From IMG/VR virus record IMGVR_UViG_3300032019_000120: DNA of 64,000 nucleotides; one strand, given 5' to 3'. This document shows, piece after piece, positions 19,313 through 28,163 of the stretch (position 1 is the first letter of the stretch; every line of letters begins with the position of its first letter). Source of the DNA: an uncultured virus (IMG/VR IMGVR_UViG_3300032019_000120) (Duplodnaviria; Heunggongvirae; Uroviricota; Caudoviricetes). The notes beneath the pieces were generated by a model, which was not told the DNA's origin, made no database searches, and saw nothing but the letters and a program-made list of their open reading frames with translations. The position numbers were made by a program, and so were the translations under genes.

Positions 19313-20021
19313 GTGGGGAGATAAATATGGATCCGAATATGTCAATAGACTCTATGGTAGTCTTCTTAGGCATTGTACTGTTCCTTTTTCTTTTAGTTGC
19401 ATTACTGACGATAATAGAGGGATTAAAAAGGAAATACAGACCATAGATTATAATACGTTCGGCCCTGAGGGTTGGCGTAATTATCCCCAAGACAAGATAT
19501 TCACACGAGAGAAACTCTGTGTAATGGCATTAGACCTTCCTGGCGTTAAGGCTTGGATTGATTTAGATGTTCTCATACATAATGATATAACAGAACTTGT
19601 TTCTCGTCCCCTCGAAAAGCCCACCTTTATTTTCAATCATTGGAACTCCCAAAAAGAACAAGCATACCGTTGGTTCGGAAAGGGATCCGATTGTCATATA
19701 AACTCATCTTTTGTTGCTTGGAGAGATGCTAAGTGGTTATATGATTATACAGATAAGAATAAAACAAAACTATTTTGGACTTATAAAAGTTTAGACAAAT
19801 ATCTATATTATCAACATTGGAGAACTGGTCGCCTTGACTATTGGGAAGAGGGTTTAGTAGATAATTACAACTTCTCGGATCCACCTTTCTTAGAGAGGGA
19901 TACTAAAATAACTTTATTTAATACTTCTCACATTAAAGCTAATAATCTTGATATTCAGGCTTATGAATTACATGAGACAGAAGGTCAATGGCCTATGGAC
20001 TATTGGAGAGATTATGACTGA
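19248..20021 (+). CDS. Glycosyltransferase (GT-A fold, KWG-type)
   Basis: FKWGDKYGSEYVNRLY, FSCITDD, WIDLDVLI (DxD), INSSF; start codon uncertain. Confidence 0.75.
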   Translation: MSTEDFLAKSDPEQELHFFTFKWGDKYGSEYVNRLYGSLLRHCTVPFSFSCITDDNRGIKKEIQTIDYNTFGPEGWRNYPQDKIFTREKLCVMALDLPGVKAWIDLDVLIHNDITELVSRPLEKPTFIFNHWNSQKEQAYRWFGKGSDCHINSSFVAWRDAKWLYDYTDKNKTKLFWTYKSLDKYLYYQHWRTGRLDYWEEGLVDNYNFSDPPFLERDTKITLFNTSHIKANNLDIQAYELHETEGQWPMDYWRDYD

Positions 20022-20445
20022 TGTAGATAATTGGATTATACAAGAGTTATTCGGATCCGATGCATCTGAACTCACTATAGTAGGCCCTGGTAAAAAACGT
20101 AATTTATTTTATCAGATGGATGGAATGTTCGATATCGAAATGGTAGATTATGATACGAAATGGAAGGATGATAATGACATTATAAATAAAGATATAGTGT
20201 TTGATGAGCACGAGCCGAGGGAGTTAATTGTTAACTACGCGGCAGAAAAGATGTGGCCCCTTGGAAGAATGTTTAAGGGAAGAGAGTTTATTCTCGTTGG
20301 AGACTCGGAACATCATAATGGTGATTGTAATCCAATAACATCATGTGCGCAACTTATCAAACAAAATGAATTGATTGAAGTATATGCGGAAGCTGTACTT
20401 CCCCGTTGGAAGGGAGAATACTTTATGGTACACGGATGCACTTAA
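20014..20445 (+). CDS. Hypothetical protein, degenerate methyltransferase-like
   Basis: VNYAAEKM and DCNPITSCAQL parallel INTSCEHM and HINCVSSCDEL of the next gene. Confidence 0.45.
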   Translation: MTDVDNWIIQELFGSDASELTIVGPGKKRNLFYQMDGMFDIEMVDYDTKWKDDNDIINKDIVFDEHEPRELIVNYAAEKMWPLGRMFKGREFILVGDSEHHNGDCNPITSCAQLIKQNELIEVYAEAVLPRWKGEYFMVHGCT

Positions 20446-21104
20446 AAACATACTCACAAATGCTTAAATGGTTTTATCATAATAATCCTGATAAAATAGA
20501 CCGTTTTATAGAAAGCATATCCCCCAATCAAATAGACTGTAAACAATGGTTAGTCGATTCATTCGATAACGTTATTGTACCGTGCCAAGACTTTGAAGAT
20601 AAACAGGAAATAAAGGTAGAGATTATTGGGGGATGGTTTGGCTTTCCTTTAATAGAAATGCTCGTCCAACGTTTTGGAGATAAGTTAGGGCGCATAAGTT
20701 TTTTTGAAATGGATCCGTTTGCTTGTAGAGTATTAGGCAGATATATTCAAATTATAGGGAGAGATAATCTTCCTCCTATTAATATACATAAGCAAGATTA
20801 CTTTGAATATAAGAATGAACGAAGAGCTCATCTTGTAATTAATACATCTTGTGAACATATGCAAGATATGAAAATAATGAAAGAATATTATATTAAACCA
20901 GAGAGGACGTTAGTGGTAATGCAATCTAATGATAAAGACGATGAACCAGACCATATAAACTGTGTATCGTCTTGTGATGAATTAGCAGAACAAGGAGGGT
21001 TTGGAATATTATGGGGCGGATCAAAGACGTTGACCTCAGGAGCGAAATCAGATAATAATATGATGTGGTGGAACAGATTTATGGTAATGGGCAAATGGAA
21101 ATAG
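20436..21104 (+). CDS. Methyltransferase-like protein (Rossmann fold)
   Basis: IIGGWFG motif-I-like, FEMDP, VINTSCEHM, QSN, RFMVMG. Confidence 0.6.
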   Translation: MHLKTYSQMLKWFYHNNPDKIDRFIESISPNQIDCKQWLVDSFDNVIVPCQDFEDKQEIKVEIIGGWFGFPLIEMLVQRFGDKLGRISFFEMDPFACRVLGRYIQIIGRDNLPPINIHKQDYFEYKNERRAHLVINTSCEHMQDMKIMKEYYIKPERTLVVMQSNDKDDEPDHINCVSSCDELAEQGGFGILWGGSKTLTSGAKSDNNMMWWNRFMVMGKWK

Positions 21105-21856
21105 TTAATGAGTTATTAGAGAATGGTTATTCTATTCGTCACAACCAAGAGTTAAATATGTCAGAGCTTGTTGACTTTTGTCAGCAAATAGGGAATACTG
21201 ATGATGATGTGTTAGGACATATGCATTTTAATCCTAAAGATAATCCTGATATATCTAGAGTACGTGATAATGGGTTATTTGGTGTATCAGAATTAGAATG
21301 GCATTCTAATGGTACGTGTTGTCACTTAGATGAGTTCAAAGAAATTGTTGTATGTTTGTATTGTGTAGAAGAGTGTGTAGATACAACGTTAAGTGTTTTA
21401 AATCAAAGGGATGTGTTTAATAGCTTAACTACAAATGACAAAAATTATTGGCGTTCTATCGAGGTACAATTAAATCATAGTGGTAAACCTATGTTAGTGC
21501 CTGAAGAAGATAGAGAATATCATTATAGTGAAGAGTACGCAAACTTTGAACACACACATACTAATGAACGAATGTCTATAGTGGGAATCCACCCTATTAC
21601 TAAAGAAGAGTTTTTATATTGGCAACCGCCGTTTATTACTAAAGCATGGAGAAATGGATTCAGATTAAATGTTGATGATATTAAAAAACAATTAAGAGAG
21701 TTAATGGAAAGCTCCATTCATAAAAAGGAATTCGTATTTAAAAAAGGAGACCTATTCTTTATGGATCAGCTATTAACACTACATAAAAGAAGTAAGGTAG
21801 TTAATCATAATAGAGAGTTATGGAGACTTGCTTTAGATTATGAGAATATAAAATGA
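21095..21856 (+). CDS. TauD/TfdA-family Fe(II)/2OG dioxygenase-like protein
   Basis: LEWHSNG, VCLYCV, HPITKEEFLY, FKKGDLFFMDQLLTLHKR, RELWR. Confidence 0.75.
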   Translation: MEIVNELLENGYSIRHNQELNMSELVDFCQQIGNTDDDVLGHMHFNPKDNPDISRVRDNGLFGVSELEWHSNGTCCHLDEFKEIVVCLYCVEECVDTTLSVLNQRDVFNSLTTNDKNYWRSIEVQLNHSGKPMLVPEEDREYHYSEEYANFEHTHTNERMSIVGIHPITKEEFLYWQPPFITKAWRNGFRLNVDDIKKQLRELMESSIHKKEFVFKKGDLFFMDQLLTLHKRSKVVNHNRELWRLALDYENIK

Positions 21857-23181
21857 AAATAGGATTAGAGTACACAGATAAAATCGCATTGACGGATGGC
21901 ATAAGGTCTTTAACATATAAAGAGTTACACCATGAAATGAGATTGAATGCTGTTCGTATGGTTCAGGCTGGAATAGAACCTACACAACGGGTGTTGTATA
22001 TCTGTGAAGATAGTGCTACCCTAAATGATGTTATATGGTTTTTATCTATTTGTGATTATGCTTCTGTTATAGCTCTCCACCGAGGATTATCAGAAGGAGA
22101 GGTATCATCTAGGATAAGACAAAGTCCCGTATCTGCTATTATCGATAAAAATGAAATAATACTAACGGGAGATGATGCTCCATTAGCACAACCAGGAGAG
22201 GTTTCTATTGTTTATTCTTCTGGTACTGTTCAACAGGATCCGAAAGCTATTCCTGTTTCTATGATGAATGATAAAGATAATCCAGGTTGGTGTTTTCATA
22301 ATGCAGTATTCTTTAGAAAATTAACTATCAATGAACCAAGAATGATTAACTACGGATCGTTGTCTGTATCATATATTCAATCTACTATATTCGAGACATT
22401 ATTAAATCATGGTACGCTATATGTATTAACAGATATGAAGAAGTGGACAGAAGTTGCGAATGAATTTAAACCTAATATTACCGCAACCTTTCCTATGCAA
22501 TATGAAGATATAATGATTAATAACGAACCGCCAAATTATTCATTGGATGTTGTAGAGTGGTGTGGAGGAGCAGTTAATAAAGCAACGTTTAGAAAACTTA
22601 GAAAATTCTTTAACTTTAAAAACTTTGTAAACGCTTATGGTACGGCAGAGACTGGTTATATGACAATAAACATTACCGATGACGTTAATGAAGCAGAGTC
22701 ATTAGGAACGCCAATTGAGTTTGATAATTTTGATGTTCGCCTTGCATTAGATAATGAGATTATAATTAAATCTAATAGTAGTGGAAATGAGTGGTATCAT
22801 ACTGGTGATGTTGCAAAGGTTGTTGATGGCAAGTGGTATTATGCTGGAAGAAAAGATGATAGGTTAATAACATATAAAGGAGCTAAAATATATCCAGGAG
22901 AAGTAGATACAATTGCTTCAGAGATTCCAGGGGTAGACCTTGCTTTTTGTTATAACATTCCAATCTCTAAGGTAGAGGGACAACCAGGATTAGTATACAG
23001 AGGAACCATTGAACCCCATGAACTAAATAAAGCGTTAAGAGAACAACTATCAAATTATAAACGACCAGTTAGAATATGTAAATTAAATGATGAGTTTTTT
23101 GATAGAAAGCTGAAGTTGTCTAGGTCAAAGCTTCATAAAATTTTAACGAGGGGAGACATTATTAATGAATATAGTTTTTAA
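21853..23181 (+). CDS. ANL-superfamily adenylation enzyme (acyl-CoA synthetase-like)
   Basis: YSSGT..PKA, NAYGTAE, WYHTGD, GRKDD..KGAKIYPGEVD. Confidence 0.85.
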   Translation: MKIGLEYTDKIALTDGIRSLTYKELHHEMRLNAVRMVQAGIEPTQRVLYICEDSATLNDVIWFLSICDYASVIALHRGLSEGEVSSRIRQSPVSAIIDKNEIILTGDDAPLAQPGEVSIVYSSGTVQQDPKAIPVSMMNDKDNPGWCFHNAVFFRKLTINEPRMINYGSLSVSYIQSTIFETLLNHGTLYVLTDMKKWTEVANEFKPNITATFPMQYEDIMINNEPPNYSLDVVEWCGGAVNKATFRKLRKFFNFKNFVNAYGTAETGYMTINITDDVNEAESLGTPIEFDNFDVRLALDNEIIIKSNSSGNEWYHTGDVAKVVDGKWYYAGRKDDRLITYKGAKIYPGEVDTIASEIPGVDLAFCYNIPISKVEGQPGLVYRGTIEPHELNKALREQLSNYKRPVRICKLNDEFFDRKLKLSRSKLHKILTRGDIINEYSF

Positions 23182-23902
23182 AACTTCTGGGACCACCGGA
23201 TCCCAGAGAGCAATTGAACAACCACAGAAGAAATTAAACGCCGCGGCAGAGGTTGCTTTAGATGTCCAGGGTATTAACGAACGATCCAGAATACTCACAG
23301 TGTGTAGAATGAGTCATGTAGGAGGAGCTTTAGCTCAAACACACCCTGGGCAATATGTGGGAGCAACTATCGATACTATACGATTTAATCCCTATACATT
23401 TCTCGATGATATTAAAGGATATACTCACACCCACCTTGTTCCCCAGCATATCAATATGTTATTGAAGATACATGGAAATGATTTAGGAAAGGTAGATTTA
23501 GAAGGAGTGTTTATTACTTGTGGATCTGATAGAGTATATAAAAGACATATTATGCCTTTCGTTAAAAGGGGAGCTACTTTTATGACTAATTGGGGTATGA
23601 CTGAGGTTGGACCTATCGCTATTAATCACACATTCAGAAATATAGAAGAAGTTAATGATATTATTAATTGGGACGATAGTAATGGCGATACTCTATTAGG
23701 AACGAACATACATTGCGATATAGATATAGTGGATGGTGAGTTGTTAGTTAGGGGCGACATTTGTGTATATCCATTATGGATTAAGACTGGTGATTTGGTA
23801 GAAATGAGAGAAGGTAGGCTGATATATAAAGGTAGAAAATGGAGCAAATGCTCCGCGCTGTGGTTGAACCCGTATGAATTTTCGAAAATACCGGATGTAT
23901 AA
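23165..23902 (+). CDS. Minimal ANL adenylation-domain protein
   Basis: KTSGTTG, NWGMTE, KTGD, YKGRK; lacks the usual N- and C-terminal subdomains. Confidence 0.75.
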   Translation: MNIVFKTSGTTGSQRAIEQPQKKLNAAAEVALDVQGINERSRILTVCRMSHVGGALAQTHPGQYVGATIDTIRFNPYTFLDDIKGYTHTHLVPQHINMLLKIHGNDLGKVDLEGVFITCGSDRVYKRHIMPFVKRGATFMTNWGMTEVGPIAINHTFRNIEEVNDIINWDDSNGDTLLGTNIHCDIDIVDGELLVRGDICVYPLWIKTGDLVEMREGRLIYKGRKWSKCSALWLNPYEFSKIPDV

Positions 23903-24317
23903 GCTAATACAACTTCCTGGTATACCTGAAGAATTATATTCTACTGATATTAATGTAATCAAAAAGAATGGTTCTTTGTGGGAAGGAACTGACCCAAGTT
24001 ACAGTACATATAAATGTTCTAAGGAATTAGAAAAGTGGATTCAATCTCATTTCGATTGGCCAGTTAAAACAAGCTATCAACATATACATGGACAAATACC
24101 AACCCATGTCGACTTTGGTCGGAATGTATGCTATAATTATATTATCAATACTGGATCCAATGAAAGGGTTTATACTAGATGGTATAATGATGATGGGGTA
24201 TGTATATCATGTTGCTGTCTCCCTAAATTGACATGGCACGAATTAGATGTTTCTATTCCACATAATGTAAGTTATGTAGATGGAAATAGATTAGCAATAA
24301 CAGTACAGGACAAATAA
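23895..24317 (+). CDS. Small cupin/2OG-Fe(II) oxygenase-like protein
   Basis: PTHVD...WHELDVSIPHNV..R.AITV (HxD...H...R). Confidence 0.55.
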   Translation: MYKLIQLPGIPEELYSTDINVIKKNGSLWEGTDPSYSTYKCSKELEKWIQSHFDWPVKTSYQHIHGQIPTHVDFGRNVCYNYIINTGSNERVYTRWYNDDGVCISCCCLPKLTWHELDVSIPHNVSYVDGNRLAITVQDK

Positions 24318-24871
24318 TGAATACTCAAATAATCACTCAACCTAAGTACATGTACACCTTTATTAATAGGTGTGGACAATTAGGATGGAGTAATAATAAT
24401 ACACTAAGGGCTATGAAATGGAAAGACCATACATTTTGGGGTACTTGGATTGATTATGACCTCGCCGCTCTTTCTGGAGTACAACACCTTCCTGAAATAG
24501 GAGACTATACTTACAGATTATTATTCAGGGGAGCTCAGCTTCCAGAATACAATAAGTATTTTAGTACTCCCTCACGATATCATTTTAACTCAATACCATT
24601 CTATGATCACATCATACCCCAGATGGCCCACTGTCCATCTCAAAGCGATTTTGTTATTACAACTAACATGATTAATGATTCATCTGGTCACATGCACCGT
24701 ACCCACAGAGTAATGCAACTGTTGGCTAAGCAGGGGCTGGTTACTTTATTAAGAAATGAAATTTTATATAATACTATACAATCTGTGTGGACGTTAAACG
24801 TAGATTGTTATTTGGAGAAACGATATTATGCAAACATGGAACGAAGCCCGTTATTTGTTCATAACAGCTAA
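24317..24871 (+). CDS. Hypothetical protein, possibly GNAT-fold
   Basis: LAALSGVQH..YRLLFRGAQLPEY pattern is GNAT-like; weak. Confidence 0.35.
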   Translation: MNTQIITQPKYMYTFINRCGQLGWSNNNTLRAMKWKDHTFWGTWIDYDLAALSGVQHLPEIGDYTYRLLFRGAQLPEYNKYFSTPSRYHFNSIPFYDHIIPQMAHCPSQSDFVITTNMINDSSGHMHRTHRVMQLLAKQGLVTLLRNEILYNTIQSVWTLNVDCYLEKRYYANMERSPLFVHNS

Positions 24872-25553
24872 TCCTGGTTCAGGGGGTCATAGACTAGGAA
24901 GATGGGTATCATCTCTCCCTAACGTCTATTGGTATAATACAAGGGCGAACTTATTAGAGGCTCCTATAGACGACCTCCCCGATTTCATTAAGGGACCACG
25001 AACAATATCAGACTTTCACTTTCAAAGAGAGATGGAAGATGGTAGATATGTTCCTGGTATAAGTGATAGAATATTTAATCATTGGCGCTCTTTTGGCGAG
25101 TGGAAAGAGATGTTTGATAATAGAATGCTAATGATTCATGATGTTGATGAAGAGTATCTACCTTGGGTTGTTCATCTGGATCCAGCTGTATTACATCATC
25201 TATTTCCAAGGTCTAAAATTATTAATATACAGAATATGAATGTTCAGCGGTATATGGAAACAACAGCGAAGTTCCCATACTATTATAAATTTAATGGACA
25301 AAAGCCTACGACATATGTTAAGAGATATACTGAAAAGCTAGAACAATTACATAAGACATTTCCAGACATGACGTTTGAGGACTATTGGCTGTATAGTAAT
25401 GGGTACAGTGAGTGGACATTTAATATTAGAAAAGAATATGTTTCTAGTGTATACCAACAGTTAAGATGTAGAAGTATAATGCAACATGATAATGTATTGG
25501 ACGTAACATTAGGTAATTATAAGGAACCAATTAAAGAGTTTTTAAATGTATGA
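24828..25553 (+). CDS. Sulfotransferase-like/P-loop protein
   Basis: LFITANPGSGGHRLGR loop; LFPRSKIINI resembles FP.AK.I of sulfotransferases. Confidence 0.45.
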   Translation: MQTWNEARYLFITANPGSGGHRLGRWVSSLPNVYWYNTRANLLEAPIDDLPDFIKGPRTISDFHFQREMEDGRYVPGISDRIFNHWRSFGEWKEMFDNRMLMIHDVDEEYLPWVVHLDPAVLHHLFPRSKIINIQNMNVQRYMETTAKFPYYYKFNGQKPTTYVKRYTEKLEQLHKTFPDMTFEDYWLYSNGYSEWTFNIRKEYVSSVYQQLRCRSIMQHDNVLDVTLGNYKEPIKEFLNV

Positions 25554-26160
25554 TTTATATTCAAAATTACTAGCTTATGGCAATAGGTTTCCGTTAAATG
25601 TATATACGGATCCAAGTAAAACATTACGCTCATTAAAAGAGTATGATGATTGTTGGCATCAGTATAATCCAAATAAAGATATTAAACGATATGGATTATC
25701 ATTAATAAATCAAACAGGAACATTTGATAGCTCGGAGGATTTAGACTCTCTTAAAGGAGAGCATGAAATTGGTGAACTTCAAGAGCAATCATTTGATATT
25801 AAAACACCAGCTTATGGTATAGTGAAGGATACATTAGATGTATTCGATGGATGTCTTGTTCGTACCCACTTCTTAAAGCTCCCTCCATCTGGATACTTCC
25901 CCGACCACATTGATAATCAAAAGGATGTTATAGACTCTTTTAGATTATTAGTCCCTATACAAAACTGTAATCCACCTCATGGGTGGTTTATGTTAGAAGA
26001 CAAACCCTTATATTGGGAACATGGACAAATGTACTTTCTTAATACATGTATGAGGCACACATTGTTTAATGCGTCTACTAATAAAGATATGATTATGTTA
26101 GTTCTTAATGTAAAACTAAACGAAGATAGTATTAATCGGGTTTTTTGGAATATGATGTAA
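25546..26160 (+). CDS. Aspartyl/asparaginyl beta-hydroxylase-like Fe(II)/2OG dioxygenase
   Basis: RTHFLKLPPSGYFPDHID, RLLVP, G.MYFLNT..RHTLFN. Confidence 0.75.
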   Translation: MYDLYSKLLAYGNRFPLNVYTDPSKTLRSLKEYDDCWHQYNPNKDIKRYGLSLINQTGTFDSSEDLDSLKGEHEIGELQEQSFDIKTPAYGIVKDTLDVFDGCLVRTHFLKLPPSGYFPDHIDNQKDVIDSFRLLVPIQNCNPPHGWFMLEDKPLYWEHGQMYFLNTCMRHTLFNASTNKDMIMLVLNVKLNEDSINRVFWNMM

Positions 26161-26344
26161 AGTGTTTCTCTGTTTCATCCACTATCTTTTTTGCTAATTT
26201 ATATGGCGTAAACACAAACCAAAAAGGAAATATACTATGAATAATCCCCGTGATGACTATCAACACAGCTAAAAAGTTGTAATATGAGGCGTATACTAGG
26301 TGTTTAAAGTACCCTGACTGTATATCCTTTAAATGATTTATCAT
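26132..26344 (-). CDS. Small membrane protein (DUF6356-like)
   Basis: HL....GYFKHL..A, IIHSIFPFWF; has its own minus-strand late promoter. Confidence 0.6.
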   Translation of the reverse strand: MINHLKDIQSGYFKHLVYASYYNFLAVLIVITGIIHSIFPFWFVFTPYKLAKKIVDETEKHFTSYSKKPD

Positions 26345-26349
26345 ACAGA

Positions 26350-26367
26350 TATTTATAAGTATAAATA
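26350..26367. promoter_or_regulatory. Back-to-back late promoters (- 26350-26357; + 26360-26367)
   Basis: TATTTATA-AG-TATAAATA, each 5-6 nt from an ATG. Confidence 0.8.
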
Positions 26368-26373
26368 ATATAT

Positions 26374-26817
26374 ATGAAAACAGAACTTATGGTAGGTCTA
26401 TTAGCGACAAGTATGACACTTTCTGGGTGTTCTATGTTGGGAATGGAGTCTCTGACAACTAAAAATTTGACAAAGACTGGAGTGATGACTGTCGCAGCAT
26501 ATGCTACTGGCGGTGCAATACCAGCATTAGTAGTAGCTGGTTCAGGTATTGCGGTGGATGAAATAATGCCCGCTGATGATTCGGTTACTCAAATTGAAGA
26601 GGGGAATCAAGAACAAATGATAGCTTATATTGCAAATGCAGGTTTAGAGACAATCCTATATGGTGTTATAGGATTTTTATTATTCACAAGTGTTATAGGT
26701 CCTTGGGCAGCTCAGCGAAGGGGCAAGCGCAAGATGAAAGACGAATATCATAGAAAGAAATATGATGAAATGAAAGCAGAATTAAAAATAAGGAGACCCT
26801 CTGATGGAGATAATTAG
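26374..26817 (+). CDS. Lipoprotein with C-terminal transmembrane segment
   Basis: Signal peptide ending in lipobox LSGC; TM ILYGVIGFLLFTSVIGPW followed by a basic tail. Confidence 0.6.
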   Translation: MKTELMVGLLATSMTLSGCSMLGMESLTTKNLTKTGVMTVAAYATGGAIPALVVAGSGIAVDEIMPADDSVTQIEEGNQEQMIAYIANAGLETILYGVIGFLLFTSVIGPWAAQRRGKRKMKDEYHRKKYDEMKAELKIRRPSDGDN

Positions 26818-27379
26818 TTATTTAATCTATGGTGTGGTAATCGGATCAGTTCTATTAGGATTCATTATACATCTATTTGATAAAAAGGTCAAGGTAACGT
26901 ATAACTTTAAATATAAAGTAATGCCAACTGTACAACCGGTTCCTATTCCTACAAAGGGAAAGGGATTTTGGGGAGCACTTATGTTGTGGTTACTTGGTTC
27001 ACGCCAGTGGCAATTAACTAAAGATTGGAAGTATGATATTAATGGTATTATGTATGTTATTCCAAAAGGATTTGTATTTGATGGAGCATCTATTCCTAAG
27101 TTTTTTAGAACATGGTTAAGTCCAGTTGGAGTATTGATGATGGGTGGATTAGTACACGATTACGCTTACAAGTATAAAACAATATTGAAGGCTAATAAGA
27201 AAGACACTATTGGTCCTATTACCCAAAAACATTCTGATCAGTTATTTAAAGACATTAACATTTCAGTAAACGGATTTAGGATTCTCAACTATATTGGCTA
27301 TGCCGCGTTGAGACTTGGTGGATACTTTGCTTGGAGTGGCCACAGAAAACGTAATCTCCGATGGGAAGACTCGGTATAG
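26804..27379 (+). CDS. DUF1353-family protein
   Basis: IPKGFVFDGASIP, LVHDYAY, SDQLF motifs. Confidence 0.8.
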   Translation: MEIISYLIYGVVIGSVLLGFIIHLFDKKVKVTYNFKYKVMPTVQPVPIPTKGKGFWGALMLWLLGSRQWQLTKDWKYDINGIMYVIPKGFVFDGASIPKFFRTWLSPVGVLMMGGLVHDYAYKYKTILKANKKDTIGPITQKHSDQLFKDINISVNGFRILNYIGYAALRLGGYFAWSGHRKRNLRWEDSV

Positions 27380-27382
27380 ATT

Positions 27383-27814
27383 ATGGCTCTCTCAATAGAT
27401 AAACTAGGTGTGTTAGTGGGAGTTGGAGCGGCGTTAGCAGCTTCTATCGGTAACTACTATGTTATGGGAGAAAAGATAAGTGTATTGTCTCAGGAAGTTG
27501 AAATCCTTCGATTTAAAGAGGGATATAATGATAATCATATAAAGAATGAGACCAGTGATAATAAAGCTGATATTGCCGCATTAACAACTGAATTAAGTAA
27601 TCTTAAAATGGCAGCAATGGTGGCGTATGAAAATATGCCTGATAGTTCTGATTTAGAAGATCGAATAACATCATTAACCATTAGGGTAGAAACTTCTGGT
27701 ATAGACAGAATAAGAGAAGAAGTAGAAGAGTTGACACAACAATTTGAAGAAAGAGTTGTGTTGGTGGACGAAATACTAGAATCAATAGAAGATCATATAG
27801 ATGAGTCCAACTGA
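27383..27814 (+). CDS. Membrane-anchored coiled-coil protein
   Basis: N-terminal hydrophobic helix, heptad-rich remainder. Confidence 0.55.
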   Translation: MALSIDKLGVLVGVGAALAASIGNYYVMGEKISVLSQEVEILRFKEGYNDNHIKNETSDNKADIAALTTELSNLKMAAMVAYENMPDSSDLEDRITSLTIRVETSGIDRIREEVEELTQQFEERVVLVDEILESIEDHIDESN

Positions 27815-28124
27815 TTTTAGCATGGATATAGCTGATTTGGTTACGCCATTCATTACTATGATGGTGGGTATCATTATAGCGATGTGGGTGAAAGACCTAG
27901 CTACTAAGATTGCAAAGGGATTAGCATTTAAAGCATTCGGGCCCTTTAAGGAGGGCGATAAGGCTATTATAGATGGCCATCATTGCGTTATAGTTAAAAT
28001 AGGAATGACTATGACAGTGTTAGGGATACAAGCTGAAGATGATTATATGTGGAGATATGTTCCAAATGAGAAAATTGCTGGATTAAAATTAAGTAAGGTT
28101 ATTATCAACGATAGTAAACTTTAA
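27801..28124 (+). CDS. Minimal MscS-like mechanosensitive channel protein
   Basis: TM helix, KDLATKIAKGL, PFKEGDKAIIDG..IVKIG..T and VPNEKI match MscS TM3/beta domain. Confidence 0.65.
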   Translation: MSPTDFSMDIADLVTPFITMMVGIIIAMWVKDLATKIAKGLAFKAFGPFKEGDKAIIDGHHCVIVKIGMTMTVLGIQAEDDYMWRYVPNEKIAGLKLSKVIINDSKL

Positions 28125-28125
28125 T

Positions 28126-28133
28126 TATAAATA
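28126..28133 (+). promoter_or_regulatory. T4-type late promoter
   Basis: Intergenic TATAAATA. Confidence 0.75.
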
Positions 28134-28163
28134 CTACTGATAATAAACTTTTTTAGGATTTCC

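Noticed and set aside
2540..26344. Island being host chromosome flanking a prophage
   Set aside because: Its units start at phage late promoters, it overlaps the fibre gene stop directly, and no integrase or att site is seen; a chimeric assembly cannot be fully excluded without reads.
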